Source: an uncultured Pseudomonadota bacterium
Lineage (GTDB): Bacteria; Pseudomonadota; Gammaproteobacteria; Steroidobacterales; Steroidobacteraceae
Assembly (NCBI GenBank): GCA_963726045.1
Contig: CAVSAZ010000011.1
Location: forward strand, 402,252-466,251
Direction: 5' to 3'
Length of the DNA: 64,000 nt
Below the pieces are notes generated by a model. That model saw nothing but the letters and a program-made list of their open reading frames with translations. It was not told the origin of the DNA and ran no database searches. A program made the position numbers and the translations under genes. Positions 32,051 to 42,633 of the stretch are shown here, one piece after another. Positions within the stretch are counted from its first letter, which is position 1, and every line of letters begins with the position of its first letter.

Positions 32051-32750
32051 TGCAGGCGTCTCGAGTCTCTTCCATGGCCGCCAGTATGCGCTCGGCTGCC
32101 TCCTGCTCGGCACGCCGGCGGCTCGAGCCGCGGCCCGAGGCCGAGAGCTGCAGCGCCGGCACCTCGCAGGCCACCTGGAAGGTCTGGGCGTGCGCCTCCC
32201 CCTCGACGCGCTCCACTTTGTACGTCGGCAGGCTGATCCCCCGCGATTGCAGATACTCCTGCAGCCGGGTCTTCGCATCCTTGAGCTCATCCGGAGCGGG
32301 AAGCGCCGCAATCCGCGGCTCGAACAGCCGGGCTATTACCTCCTCGGCCACAACCAGCCCGCCGTCCAGGTAGAGCGCCCCACATACCGCCTCGAGCGCG
32401 TCGGCAAGAATGGATTGACGGCGAAACCCGCCCGTCTTGAGCTCGCCCGAACCGAGCTGCAGCGCTTCGCCCAGCTTGAGGGATGCGGCCACCTCCGCCA
32501 GCGGGTCGCCGCTCACGACCCGTGCCCGCAACCGGCTCAGGTCCCCCTCGTTGGCCTCGGGGAACGCCACATAGAGATGATGCGCGACGACGAGGTTGAG
32601 CACCGCGTCACCGAGAAACTCCAGCCGCTCGTTGTTGGGGCCGGGGGCGCTGCGATGAGTAAAGGCGGCGCGAAAGAGACCGGCGTCGCGCGGTTCGTAG
32701 CCGAGCTCGGCGCGTACCCAGCCGAGCGGCCAGTCCGGCCTGCTATCCAC
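32043..32750 (-). CDS. rnc: ribonuclease III
   Basis: GTG 32750 lies within ORF 32043..32963. It has FTHRS, the signature NERLEFLGDAVL and a dsRBD (KDAKTRLQEYLQ...SGRGSSRRRAEQEAA). The frame is intact. Confidence 0.9.
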   Translation of the reverse strand: MDSRPDWPLGWVRAELGYEPRDAGLFRAAFTHRSAPGPNNERLEFLGDAVLNLVVAHHLYVAFPEANEGDLSRLRARVVSGDPLAEVAASLKLGEALQLGSGELKTGGFRRQSILADALEAVCGALYLDGGLVVAEEVIARLFEPRIAALPAPDELKDAKTRLQEYLQSRGISLPTYKVERVEGEAHAQTFQVACEVPALQLSASGRGSSRRRAEQEAAERILAAMEETRDACSD

Positions 32751-33115
32751 CGCCGCCCAGGGTGACCGTCTTGTCGAACTGCAGCTGCAGACTGACGTGT
32801 GCAAAGAGCGGCGCCTGGTCGTAGTAGGCGGCCTCGACCGTCCAGCCCTGGCCAACCCGGGTGATGTTGATGTCCTTGACGGCCGGATAGTCCACGCTTT
32901 CGACGTCGAAGTGCTTCTGGAGGGCCGAGCGGATGGCGTCCGGCGTCGCGCCGCCGCCCGCAAACTCGCCCGGCAGTGCGCTCAGCGAGCGCGCGACGGA
33001 CATGTAATTGAGCATGACCGGCGTCAGCCGGATAGCCGGCATAGATGAGGATCGCGAACGGGGTGAGGAGTATCAGCCACCCGATCGCCGTCACGCCACG
33101 TTGCCGTGCAAACAT
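32743..33115 (-). CDS. DUF4845 small membrane-anchored protein, frame change near 33040
   Basis: MFARQRGVTAIGWLILLTPFAILIYAG (ATG 33115, frame of ORF 32537..33190) continues as IRLTPVMLNYMSVARSL... in ORF 32743..33042. The slot between lepB and rnc matches Pseudomonas. Confidence 0.6.
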
Positions 33116-33129
33116 TGTCTGAACCCCCG

Positions 33130-34089
33130 CTACTCGATTTTCTTGCCGATCCGGCTCCAGATAGGGCCGCCGGAGCGCTCCGGGTCCCAATTGAACCAGA
33201 TGTAGGTCGCCTTGCCGACCAGATTCGCATCGGGCGTGAAGCCCCAGACACGCCCGTCATCGCTGTTGTCGCGATTGTCGCCGATCATGAGGTAATTCCC
33301 GGTCGGCACCACTTTGGTCACCACCTCGGGCTCGTCGAGAGACTGCGCGCCGGGCGGCGGCGTACCGCCGCAGACGTAGCCGCGCGCATCGCTGCGCGGG
33401 CAGCCGGGCAATGGATAAGGGGTGACCTGCAGCGGCACGGCGCAGAGCAGCGCCTGATGCGTATGGGCTCCCAGGGTGCTCCACGGCGAGCTGCATGTTG
33501 ATGTAGCAGCCGTCGCTGTAGTTGCCGGTGACGTTGAACGGTATCACCTCGTCATTGATGATGAGCCGGTCGTCGCGCACCGTCACATGATCGCCCGGAA
33601 GGCCGACCGCGCGCTTGATGTAGTTCTCAGAAGGGTCGAGCGGATAGCGAAAAACCACCACATCCCCCCTCTTCGGGCCGCCCGTGTCCAGGATCTTGGT
33701 GTTGGTGACCGGCAGCCTGAGGCCATAGGAGAACTTGTCGACCAGGATGAAATCCCCGTCGAGCAGCGTCGGCATCATGGAGTCGGAGGGGATGCGGAAC
33801 GGCTCGAACACGAATGCGCGCAGCAGCAGCACCGCCACGGCCACCGGAAAGAAGCTGCGCGCGTAATCCACCGTCCCGGGCTCCGGGATGGCGGCCGGGT
33901 CCTTGCCCCGCCGCTTTGGCCGCCGCCAGTCGCCACCGGCGCAGCAGCCAGACATCCGCGGCCCAGATGACGCCCGGTAACCGCCGAGATCGCGACCAGC
34001 ACGGCGCTGAAATCGAGCTGCTCGGAGACCAGCAGGCGTATCACCGCCGCGCCGACGAGGATCGGCAGCGTGTGGTAGGCGAGCGACAT
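33130..34089 (-). CDS. lepB: signal peptidase I, several frame changes; start approximate
   Basis: FEPFRIPSDSMMPTLLDGDFILV, RGDVVVF and YIKRAVGLPGD are in ORF 33257..33955. YLMIGDNRDNSDDGRVWGF...LVGKA is in ORF 33130..33438. The N-terminal transmembrane part is in ORF 33775..34107. Confidence 0.8.
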
Positions 34090-34246
34090 CAGCGGCGGAT
34101 CGGCCACGGGCTCCGGCGCCGCGGCGATCTGCCGCCGCGGCCGCAGGAACCAGTCATCGAGGATGCATAGCGAGCCCGACCGGCAATGCGAGCCAGGAGA
34201 GGGCCAGGATGATCTGCATGAGCAGTGGAGGGCATCGCGCCGGCGC

Positions 34247-36040
34247 CTACTTGCGGCCGATCTTCAGGACGGCGAGGAACGCCTCCTGGGGAATCTCGAC
34301 CCGACCCAACTGTTTCATACGCTTCTTGCCTTCTTTCTGCTTCTCTAGGAGCTTGCGCTTGCGGCTGATGTCGCCGCCGTAGCATTTGGCCAGCACGTTC
34401 TTGCGCAGCGCCTTCACCGTGGCGCGCGCGATGACCGCGCTGCCGATCGCCGCCTGCACGGCGACCTCGAACATCTGCCGCGGGATGAGCTCCTGCATCT
34501 TGTCGACCAGCTCGCGACCCCGTTGGTAGGCGCTCTCGCGGTGCGCGATGATCGAGAGCGCATCGACCCGCTCGCCGTTGATGAGGATGTCGAGCTTGAC
34601 GAGCGGCGCCGCCTCGAAGTGCGAGAACTCGTAGTCGAAAGAGGCGTAACCGCGGCTCACCGATTTCAGGCGGTCGAAGAAATCGAGCACCACCTCGGCG
34701 AGCGGCAGCTCGTACTGCAGCGACACCTGGCTGCCCAGGTACTGCATCTTCTTCTGCGTGCCGCGCTTGTCGTTGCAGAGCTTCAACACCGCGCCGACGT
34801 GATCGGGCGGCACCAGGATGTTGGCGATGATGATGGGCTCGCGGATCTCCTCGATCTCGTTCGAGGGCGGCAGCTTCGCCGGGTTGTCGACGTAGGCCGC
34901 GCCCCGTCGGTGCGCACCACCTCGTACACCACCGTCGGCGCGCTCGTCACGAGATCGAGCTGGTACTCGCGCTCCAGGCGCTCCTGGACGATGTCCATGT
35001 GCAGCAGCCCGAGGAACCCGCAGCGGAAGCCGAACCCGAGCGCGCCCGGAGACCTCCGGCTCGTAGTGCAGCGCCGAGTCGTTGAGCTTCAACTTCGCGA
35101 GCGCGTCGCGAAAGCTCTCGTAATCCTCGGAGTTGATGGGAAAGAGCCCGGCGAACACCCGCGGCTTGATCTGCCGGAAGCCGGGCAGCGGCGCCGCCGC
35201 CGGCCGATTCTCGAGCGTGATGGTGTCGCCCACCGGCGCGCCATCGATCTCCTTGATGCCGGCGACGATGAAGCCGACATCGCCGGTCGCCAGCATCTTC
35301 TCCACGATGGGCTTCGGCGTGAAGCGGCCGAGGCGGTCGACGGTGTGACTGCGCCCGGTCGACACGACGCGGATCTTCTCGCCGGTCCTGACGCTGCCGT
35401 TGACCACCCGCACCAGGGAGACCACGCCAACATAGTTGTCGAACCAGGAGTCGATGATGAGCGCCTGCAGCGGCGCCTCGCCGTCGCCCTTCGGCGCCGG
35501 GATGCGCCGGATGAGCGACTCGAGCAGCTCCGGCACGCCCTCGCCCGTCTTGGCGCTCACCCGCACGGCATCGTCGGCCTCGATGCCGATGATCTCCTCG
35601 ATCTCGCGCATGACCCGCTCGGGATCGGCCGAGGGCAGGTCGATCTTGTTGATGACCGGCAGGACCTCGATCCCCTGCTCGATCGCCGTATAGCAGTTGG
35701 CGACGCTCTGCGCCTCCACGCCCTGGGAGGCATCGACCACCAGCAGCGCGCCGTCGCAGGCGGCGAGCGAGCGGGACACCTCGTAGGAGAAGTCCACGTG
35801 CCCGGGCGTATCGATCATGTTGAGCTGATAGCGCTCGCCGTCGTGCGCCTGGTAATAGAGCGTCACGCTCTGCGCCTTGATGGTGATGCCGCGCTCGCGC
35901 TCGAGGTCCATCGAGTCGAGCACCTGCGCCTGCATCTCGCGATCCGCGAGGCCGCCGCAGAGCTGGATGAAGCGGTCGGCGAGGGTCGACTTGCCGTGAT
36001 CGACGTGGGCGATGATGGAGAAATTACGTATGAGCCGCAT
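34247..36040 (-). CDS. lepA: elongation factor 4 (LepA); full-length ORF with an internal out-of-frame stretch of about 48 codons
   Basis: The 597-aa ORF has [25 protein letters not shown] and NKID. Between ~35043 and ~34900 the main frame reads nonsense ([18 protein letters not shown]). The conserved [42 protein letters not shown] is in the frame of ORF 34783..34998. Confidence 0.9.
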   Translation of the reverse strand: MRLIRNFSIIAHVDHGKSTLADRFIQLCGGLADREMQAQVLDSMDLERERGITIKAQSVTLYYQAHDGERYQLNMIDTPGHVDFSYEVSRSLAACDGALLVVDASQGVEAQSVANCYTAIEQGIEVLPVINKIDLPSADPERVMREIEEIIGIEADDAVRVSAKTGEGVPELLESLIRRIPAPKGDGEAPLQALIIDSWFDNYVGVVSLVRVVNGSVRTGEKIRVVSTGRSHTVDRLGRFTPKPIVEKMLATGDVGFIVAGIKEIDGAPVGDTITLENRPAAAPLPGFRQIKPRVFAGLFPINSEDYESFRDALAKLKLNDSALHYEPEVSGRARVRLPLRVPRAAAHGHRPGAPGARVPARSRDERADGGVRGGAHRRGAAYVDNPAKLPPSNEIEEIREPIIIANILVPPDHVGAVLKLCNDKRGTQKKMQYLGSQVSLQYELPLAEVVLDFFDRLKSVSRGYASFDYEFSHFEAAPLVKLDILINGERVDALSIIAHRESAYQRGRELVDKMQELIPRQMFEVAVQAAIGSAVIARATVKALRKNVLAKCYGGDISRKRKLLEKQKEGKKRMKQLGRVEIPQEAFLAVLKIGRK

Positions 36041-36102
36041 GAATCGGGATCTGTCGCGTTACTGCCGCGCCAGGTGATCAGCGGCCGCCGCGATTATAGC
36101 AG

Positions 36103-36400
36103 TCAGCCCTTGCGCAGCAGGCGCTTCAGTTCCCCGGCATCCAGCCGATGGCGGCAGACCACCGTGCCGTCGAGGAGCAGCACCGGCACATCGAGGCCGT
36201 GGCGTCGCTTCAGGGTCGGATCCCCGTCGACGTCCACGCACTTCGATCGGCGGCAGCGGCATCGTCTGCCCGAGCGCCTGCAGCTCCGCGAGCATCTGCT
36301 CACAGAGATGGCAGTCGCGCCGATGGACTACGGTGAGAACGACGCGCCTTTCAGGGTCGGGGCGAGTGCGCGAACGGCACCGCCGGAGGGGCGGCGTCAT
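36103..36400 (-). CDS. glutaredoxin-like (DUF836-type) thioredoxin-fold protein, frame change near 36240; start unresolved
   Basis: VVLTVVHRRDCHLCEQMLAELQAL...PPIEV (ORF 36059..36400) continues as VDVDGDPTLKRRHGLDVPVLLLDGTVVCRHRLDAGELKRLL (ORF 36103..36303). Confidence 0.5.
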
Positions 36401-37429
36401 GCGCGGGCGGCGCCGGCGCGGACTCGGATGTCTTCTCCGCCTTCACCGAGTCGGCGATGAAGCGCACCGTCTGCGCCGGTACCTCACCGACCGCGGTCAC
36501 TTTGTGGCCATCCACGACGGTGGAGAAGGCATACGAGGAGCCTACCCGCGCCGACTCCATGACCGGTCCCTGGCCCGGGGTTACCTCGATGTGCGTCGTC
36601 TCGACGAATACTGACACGGAGGCCAGCCCATCGGTGAATACCAGGTGATCGACCGGGCCCGGGCGATCCAGGCATGACCTGCGCGGCGCGCACAGTCATG
36701 TGAAATCCCGGCGGCAGGTGGTCCACGCTCCAGACCGTGCCGTTCGCGCCCACCGACTGCCTTGAGCGGCGGCGAGTCGTTGCGCAGCCATTGGAAGCCG
36801 GTGGTCGCGATGTCGGGGCGGAAAGCCGAGTCAGGGATGTGCGAGCGGACCTTGAGATTCGCGAACACGATCTGCTCGATGACATTTCCCTGCGCGTCGC
36901 AAAGCTGCGTCTTCAACGGCATTGCCGTCGAGTCGTCGATCCAGAGGCGATAGCCATAGCGGTATTGGTCCCGCGGCATCACCGTGATGAGATGCGTAAG
37001 GCGCCGGTTGAAGCGCATGCGCGCGACTTCCTTGATGTCGTAGAAGCGCGCGGTCTGGTCATTGAGCGCGGGAAAGCCGCTGAGGAGCGAGACTTTGGCC
37101 GGCGTGTGCTCCACCAGCACGACGCGCTTGTCGGGAAGATAACAGGTGAGGCTGGAGCCGGTGCGGATGAATTCCCGGCCGGATCCGTCGAGGGACTCCA
37201 GCCGCTCGGAGACGGTGCCGTCCGCGACGCGATGGATGATGCGCAGCATCTCCACCCTGCCGCCCTCCCAGTGGGCGAAAGTGCCATCGTAGTTGAGTGT
37301 GGTGAGCGCGTGATTCATGCGCTCCAGCCACTTGGCCGGCTCGTCGGCGTACGCCACGCCGGCGAGAGCCAGTGCGAGCGCCAGCCAGCCGATACGCTCG
37401 CTACTTCGGATTCTGGATCTGGATCGCAT
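36351..37429 (-). CDS. rseB: sigma-E regulatory protein RseB/MucB, frameshifted
   Basis: ORF 36581..37492 has a signal peptide (WLALALALAGVAYA), WLERMNHALTTLNYDGTF and YGYRLWIDDSTAMPLK. The C-terminus VSVFVE...DGHKVTAVGEVPAQTVRFIADSV is in ORF 36351..36617. Confidence 0.75.
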
Positions 37430-38084
37430 TGCCACGCACGCCTGGCGCTGGCTGATCCGACCTTGCGGGCGTGCTGGAGGTTCCCGGCTCACTCACCATC
37501 AGCGCCGAGAGGAGATTGCCGCGGCTGACGGGCCAGGAGAAGGCGCTGTGCGCCACCACGTAGTCGGCCAGCTCCGTGGCGGGACGACCATCATGGGCTG
37601 CTGGCTGCGCCGGCGGCACGACGAAGCTGTCGGTCGACTGGCGCTCGCGCTCTGCAGGGCCGGCTGCGCGGCGGGCGCCGCCGAGCTGGAGTTGGCGGCG
37701 ACCGGTAGCCACCGTGACGTGAGAATGGCCCGGGAGCGCCTGCGACCGCAGCCAGAAAATGGAGACCGCGGCCACGCCGGCCGCGAGCCCGGCGCCGGCA
37801 AGCGGCTGCCACCAGCGGTATTGGACGCCGGCCGCCCGATCGCGCCGCATCGGCCGATCAGCGCGGGCTCGCTCGACAGGGCCGCGCTCACGCGCCCGGC
37901 CACTGGTGCCATCGAGAGTGACGCCCCGCTCCGCGCGGATGACGGCGCCGATGACGGCGTACCGGCCCCAGCGGGCCTTGAGGTCCCCATCGCGCGATAG
38001 CCGGCGCGCGAGCAGCTCGCACTCGGCGGCCGGCAGCTCGTTGTCGAACATGGCGGACAGCTGGCTGTCGAGCTCCTCGTTCAT
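37401..38084 (-). CDS. rseA: anti-sigma-E factor (RseA/MucA-like)
   Basis: ATG 38084 overlaps the rpoE TGA (ATGA). The N-terminal domain is LSAMFDNELPAAECELLARRLSRDGDLKARWGRYAVIGAVIR, with a central transmembrane segment WWQPLAGAGLAAGVAAVSIFW. Confidence 0.7.
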   Translation of the reverse strand: MNEELDSQLSAMFDNELPAAECELLARRLSRDGDLKARWGRYAVIGAVIRAERGVTLDGTSGRARERGPVERARADRPMRRDRAAGVQYRWWQPLAGAGLAAGVAAVSIFWLRSQALPGHSHVTVATGRRQLQLGGARRAAGPAERERQSTDSFVVPPAQPAAHDGRPATELADYVVAHSAFSWPVSRGNLLSALMVSEPGTSSTPARSDQPAPGVRGNAIQIQNPK

Positions 38085-38689
38085 CCCAACTCCTCCGCGC
38101 GGCCGAGACCGCCTTCGAAGACTTCACGCAGGCGCCGGTCGATTGCCTCGCGCGCCCGGAAGATGCGCGAGCGGACCGTGCCCACCGGACATGCCATGGC
38201 CGCGGCGATCTCCTCGTAGGAGAGGCCCTCGAGCTCGCGCAGCACGATGGCGGTGCGCAGATCGTCGGGCAGCGAGTCGATCGCGGCATTGACGGTGGAG
38301 CGGATCTCGTCCGTCAGCACCAGCCCCTCCGGGGTCTCGGAATCCTTCATTCGGCCTTGCATATCGTAGGACTCGTCAGTGTTGCTGCGGTCGAGGTCGT
38401 ATTCGACGGGGTTGCGGTCGCGCGAGACCACGGCGTTCTTGGCGGTGTTGATCGCGATGCGGTAGAGCCAGGTGTAAAAGGCGCTGTCGCCGCGGAATTG
38501 CGGCAGGGCGCGGTAGGCCTTGATGAAGGCCTCCTGGGCGATATCCTCGGCTTCGGCCGGGTTGCGGACATAACGCATGACCAGCTTGACGAGTTTGTGC
38601 TGGTACTTGAGCACCAGCGCATCAAATGCCCCCTTGTCGCCGCGCTGCACGCGGCGAACCAGGCTGAGATCGCTTGCATCGGCGCTCAT
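38081..38689 (-). CDS. rpoE: ECF RNA polymerase sigma factor RpoE/AlgU
   Basis: ATG 38689 (MSADASDLSLVRRVQRGDKGAFDALVLKYQHKLVKLV) lies in ORF 38081..38815, with YTWLYRIAINTAKN and LRELEGLSYEEIAAAMACPVGTVRSRIFRAREAI. The frame is intact. Confidence 0.9.
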   Translation of the reverse strand: MSADASDLSLVRRVQRGDKGAFDALVLKYQHKLVKLVMRYVRNPAEAEDIAQEAFIKAYRALPQFRGDSAFYTWLYRIAINTAKNAVVSRDRNPVEYDLDRSNTDESYDMQGRMKDSETPEGLVLTDEIRSTVNAAIDSLPDDLRTAIVLRELEGLSYEEIAAAMACPVGTVRSRIFRAREAIDRRLREVFEGGLGRAEELG

Positions 38690-38735
38690 ACGCGCCCTCT
38701 CCTCCCAGGGGTAAGGCCGCGCCGCCGCGACCTGA

Positions 38736-38762
38736 ATAGACCCTGAAACAATTTGAAAGTTC
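38736..38762 (-). promoter_or_regulatory. sigma-E-type promoter candidate upstream of rpoE (GAACTT-N16-TCTAT)
   Basis: The minus strand reads ccctGAACTTtcaaattgtttcagggTCTATtcagg. The -35 hexamer is at 38757-38762, followed by a 16-nt spacer, and the -10 element is at 38736-38740, ~45 nt upstream of the rpoE ATG. Confidence 0.5.
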
Positions 38763-39051
38763 AGGGAAGGTGCTCCTTTCGAGCCTTGTCGATGAGGCTC
38801 CTTTTGATCATGCACGAAGTCGTGATCCGCGTCACGAGCGCCGCCATCTCGGGCTCCGCCGGTGCCTCGCCGCCCGAGGAAATACCCGGCGAGCTCCGGG
38901 TCGGGGTGCTCCAGCAGCCGGGCCAGCAGCCGCCGCTCGGCCGGCGCCGGCCTGCGGGCAGGGCGGCGGCCGCGTAGCGCTCCAGGAGCACATCGAGCTC
39001 CTTCATGCCCCGCCGGCAGCGCCAGCGGAGCGCTCGAGCCTCCGCGGTCCA
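38761..39051 (-). CDS. sdhE: FAD assembly factor SdhE (SDHAF2 family), two compensating frame changes; start not resolved
   Basis: LRWRCRRGMKELDVLLERY (RGxxE motif) is followed by AERRLLARLLEHPDPELAGYFLG in a second frame. GEAPAEPEMAALVTRI then returns to the first frame (ORF 38761..39006). Confidence 0.6.
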   Translation of the reverse strand, partial: WTAEARALRWRCRRGMKELDVLLERYAAAALPAGRRRPSGGCWPGCWSTPTRSSPGISSGGEAPAEPEMAALVTRITTSCMIKRSLIDKARKEHLP

Positions 39052-39052
39052 G

Positions 39053-39838
39053 TTATGTCCGCTCGACCAGCATGCGCTTGATCTCGGCGATGGCCTTGGC
39101 CGGATTCAGGTCCTTCGGGCAGACGTCGGTGCAGTTCATGATGGTATGGCAGCGATAGAGCCGGAAGGGATCCTCGAGCTCATCCAGCCGCTCGCCGGTC
39201 GCCTCATCCCGGCTGTCGATGATCCAGCGGTAGGCGGCGAGCAGCGCCGCGGGCCGAGGAAGCGGTCGCTGTTCCACCAGTAGCTGGGGCAGGCCGTCGA
39301 GCAGCACGCGCAGAGGATGCACGCCGCGGGCCGGTCGATCTTCTCCTGCTCCTCCTTGGACTGCAGCCGCTCGCTGATCGGGCGGCGGCGGCGTATGGGT
39401 GACGAGCCACGGCTTCACCGAGGCGTACTGCGCGTAGAAGTTCGTGAGATCCGGAACCAGGTCCTTCACCACGGGCATGTGCGGCAGCGGGATAGATGCG
39501 GATGTCGCCGCCGCCGAGATCCTCCATCGCGGTGGTGCACGCCAGGCGGTTCATGCCGTCGATGTTCATGGCGCAGGAGCCGCAGATGCCCTCGCGGCAG
39601 GAGCGGCGGAAGGTGAGCGAGGAGTCGATGCTGCCTTTGATCTGGATCAGCGCATCGAGCACCATCGGCCCGCAGCCCGCCAGGTCGAGCTCGAACGTAT
39701 CGACCCGCGGGGTCTCGCCCGAAGTCGGGTCGAAGCGGTAGATGCGGAAGCTGCGCACCTTGCGCGCGCCGGCGGGCGCGCGGTGAACGTGTGCCCTTGC
39801 GGATGCGGGAGTTGGCGGGAAGTCTGAAACTGGGCCAT
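39053..39838 (-). CDS. sdhB: succinate dehydrogenase iron-sulfur subunit, several frame changes
   Basis: The gene starts at ATG 39838 (MAQFQ). FRIYRFDP...[10 protein letters not shown]...[27 protein letters not shown] is in the frame of ORF 39204..40454. [16 protein letters not shown]...[24 protein letters not shown] is in ORF 39053..39478. Confidence 0.85.
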
Positions 39839-39853
39839 CGGAAACCTTGAGCG

Positions 39854-41640
39854 TCAGTAGGTGCGCGCCTTCGGCGGGATCGTCTGCGACCTCGTCGGTC
39901 AGGGTGTTGAGATGCACCGGCCGATAGTCGAAGCGCACGCGTCCGGGTCCCTCGACCCAGACCAGGGAGTGCTTGAGCCAGTGCTCGTCGTCGCGCTGCG
40001 GGAAGTCTTCGCGGGCATGGGCGCCGCGGCTCTCGGTGCGGTTGCCGGCCGAATGGATGGTCGCCGTCGCCTGCAGCAGCAGATTCTCGAGCTCCATCGT
40101 CTCGACGAGGTCGGTGTTCCAGATGAGCGAGCGGTCGGTCACCTTGACGTCGGCGAAGGACTCGAAGGTCTGCGCCAGCTTGCGGGCACCCTCCTCCAGG
40201 GACTCGCCGGTGCGAAACACCGCCGCATCGATCTGCATGATCTTCTGCATCTCGAGGCGGATGGCGGCCGTCGGGCGCGAGCCGTTGGCGTTGCGCAGCC
40301 GATCGAGGCGGGACACCGCGAGCTCCGCGCCATCCTTCGGCAGCGGCGCGTGCCGCATGCCGGGCCGGATCGAGCTCCGCGCAGCGGCGCGCGGCCTGGC
40401 GGCCGAAGACGACGAGGTCGAGCAGCGAGTTCGAGCCCAGACGGTTCGCGCCATGGACGGAGACGCAGGCCGCCTCGCCGACCGCCATCAGGCCGGGGAC
40501 GACCGAGTCGGGGTCTCCCGCCTTCGGTCGCACGACTTCGCCGTGGAAGTTGCAGGGCACGCCGCCCATGTTGTAGTGGACGGTGGGCTGCACCGGAATC
40601 GGCTGCTTGGTGACATCGACCCCAGCGAAGATGCGCGCCGTCTCGGCGATGCCGGGCAGCCGCTCGTGGATCACCTCGGGTCCGAGGTGCTCGAGATGCA
40701 GGTCGATGTGGTCGTGCTCGGCGCCGACGCCGCGGCCCTCGCGGATCTCGATCGTCATGGCGCGACTCACCACATCGCGCGAGGCCAGGTCCTTGGCGTT
40801 CGGGGCATAGCGCTCCATGAAGCGCTCACCCTTGGAGTTGGTGAGATAGCCGCCCTCGCCGCGCGCGCCCTCGGTGATGAGGCAGCCGGCGCCGTAGATC
40901 CCGGTCGGATGGAACTGCACGAACTCCATGTCCTGCAGCGGCAGCCCGGCGCGCAGCACCATGGCATTGCCGTCACCGGTGCAGGAATGCGCCGATGTGC
41001 AGGAGAAGTACGCGCGGCCGTAGCCGCCGGTCGCGAGAATGGTCATGTGCGCGCGGAAGCGGTGCAGCTTCCCCTCGGTCATGTCGAGCGCGATGACGCC
41101 GCGGCAGGCGCCGTCCTCCATGATGAGATCGATCGCGAAGTACTCGACGAAGAAAGTCGCCGCGCGGCGGATCGACTGCTGATAGAGAGTGTGCAGCATC
41201 GCATGGCCGGTGCGGTCCGCGGCGGCGCAGGTGCGCTGCGCGATGCCCTTGCCGAACTGCGTGGTCATGCCGCCGAAGGGCCGCTGGTAGATGCGCCCTT
41301 CCTCCGTGCGGGAGAACGGCACGCCGTAGTGCTCGAGCTCGATCACCGCCGCGGGAGCCTCCTTGCACATGAGCTCGATCGCATCCTGGTCGCCCAGCCA
41401 GTCCGAGCCCTTGACGGTGTCGTACATGTGCCAGCGCCAGTCGTCCTGGCCCATGTTGCCGAGCGCGGCGCTGATGCCGCCCTGCGCGGCCACGGTGTGG
41501 CTGCGCGTCGGAAAGAGCTTGGTGATGCAGGCGGTGGAAAGTCCCGCCTCCGCCAGACCCAGCGTGGCGCGCAGGCCGGAGCCGCCCGCGCCGACCACGA
41601 TGACATCGTAGGTGTGATCGATGAACTCGTATGTGCTCAT
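39854..41640 (-). CDS. sdhA: succinate dehydrogenase flavoprotein subunit, frame changes near 40371 and 39889
   Basis: ATG 41640 ([25 protein letters not shown]...SHTVAAQGG...) lies in the frame of ORF 39466..42417. [13 protein letters not shown]...[11 protein letters not shown] is in the frame of ORF 39204..40454. The last residues, [10 protein letters not shown], end at TGA 39854-39856. Confidence 0.9.
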
Positions 41641-42024
41641 GCGGCGCCTCCCAACGCCACCTTGAGGATCGCGAGCACGCCGGCCACCGCGACCACCACG
41701 TGAAAGAAGGTGACCAGCGCCAGCACCAACGTCTTGGCGCCGTGGCCGTGCACGTAATCCTCCACCACTACCCGCACGCCGAGCTGCGAATGCCAGGCGG
41801 CGGTGAGCACGAGCAGAATGAGGAACACCGCCGTCCAGAGCTGCCCGATCCAGGCGCTGAGAGTGGCGTGATCGAAGGAAGGCAGAGACAGCAGGGAGAC
41901 GACGAACCAGACGGTGAGCGGCACCAGCGCCACCGAAGTCAGGCGCTGCAGCCACCAGTGATGCACGCCCTCTTTGGCCGACCCCTGGCCGAGAACGCGT
42001 GGCGAGTGGGCTGCGCAGGCTCAT
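41637..42024 (-). CDS. sdhD: succinate dehydrogenase membrane anchor subunit SdhD, frame change near 41975
   Basis: ATG 42024 ([16 protein letters not shown]) is followed by [20 protein letters not shown]...[15 protein letters not shown] in ORF 41637..41966. The stop overlaps the sdhA ATG. Confidence 0.7.
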
Positions 42025-42417
42025 CGCGCGCGCGCTCCGCGCGTGCAGCGCCCACCAGGCCAGCGCCACGAAGAGCAGGATGGCGCAGATGACGAGCAGC
42101 GCCGCGCTGCGCTTCGCCTGCGCACGCTCGAGGCCGTGGCCCGTGTCCCAGATGAGGTGGCGGATGCCGGCGAAGAGGTGATAGGAGAACGTGGCGAGCA
42201 GAATGATGTAGACGGCCTTCAGCACGCCAAGCGAGAGCACGGCGCGCGCGCGGCTGTAGGCAGCCGGACCGCTCGCGATGGCGACCAGCCAGTAGACGAG
42301 CAGGATGAGCCCGGCCGAGAGCACGAGCCCGGTCGCGCGGTTCAGCACGGAAGTCAGCAGTGTGTACCGCGACATCCTGTACACGGACAGGTGCGGGGAC
42401 AGCGGTCGTTCGGTCAT
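42021..42417 (-). CDS. sdhC: succinate dehydrogenase cytochrome b556 subunit SdhC (3' end approximate)
   Basis: ATG 42417 gives [37 protein letters not shown]...[14 protein letters not shown]. There is no in-frame stop before sdhD, so a frame error near the 3' end is likely (the expected ATGA overlap is at ~42021). Confidence 0.75.
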
Positions 42418-42435
42418 AGGCGGCGGCTTCGCGGA

Positions 42436-42633
42436 CTAGAAGTCGATGCAACGTCCTTTGCGCTCCCAGTCGCCGAAGCGCGTCGGCTCGGGACCCGACG
42501 GTCCGCCGATCTCGCGCAGGCGCAGGGCTCGAGCCGCATCTTCCGCGGGTGCGGCGGGATTTGCGCGAGAATGCTGCTCGGAGGGCGGAACGGAAGACGG
42601 CGTCGAGGAGTTCTTCTCTGGACTCATCTGCAT
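42436..42633 (-). CDS. DUF1674 (SDHAF4-like) small protein
   Basis: ORF 42436..42642 ends ...EIGGPSGPEPTRFGDWERKGRCIDF, the family signature as I recall it. It lies 18 nt upstream of sdhC on the same strand. The start is ATG 42633 or 42627. Confidence 0.7.
   Translation of the reverse strand: MQMSPEKNSSTPSSVPPSEQHSRANPAAPAEDAARALRLREIGGPSGPEPTRFGDWERKGRCIDF

Noticed and set aside
39466-42417. A 983-aa ORF that could be read as a giant fused succinate-dehydrogenase protein.
   Set aside because: It strings together sdhC, the start of sdhD, a nonsense-frame stretch and sdhA, then runs out of frame through sdhB. This happens only because frame changes remove the natural stops. The individual subunits are recognisable, and sdhD/sdhA keep their usual ATGA junction.
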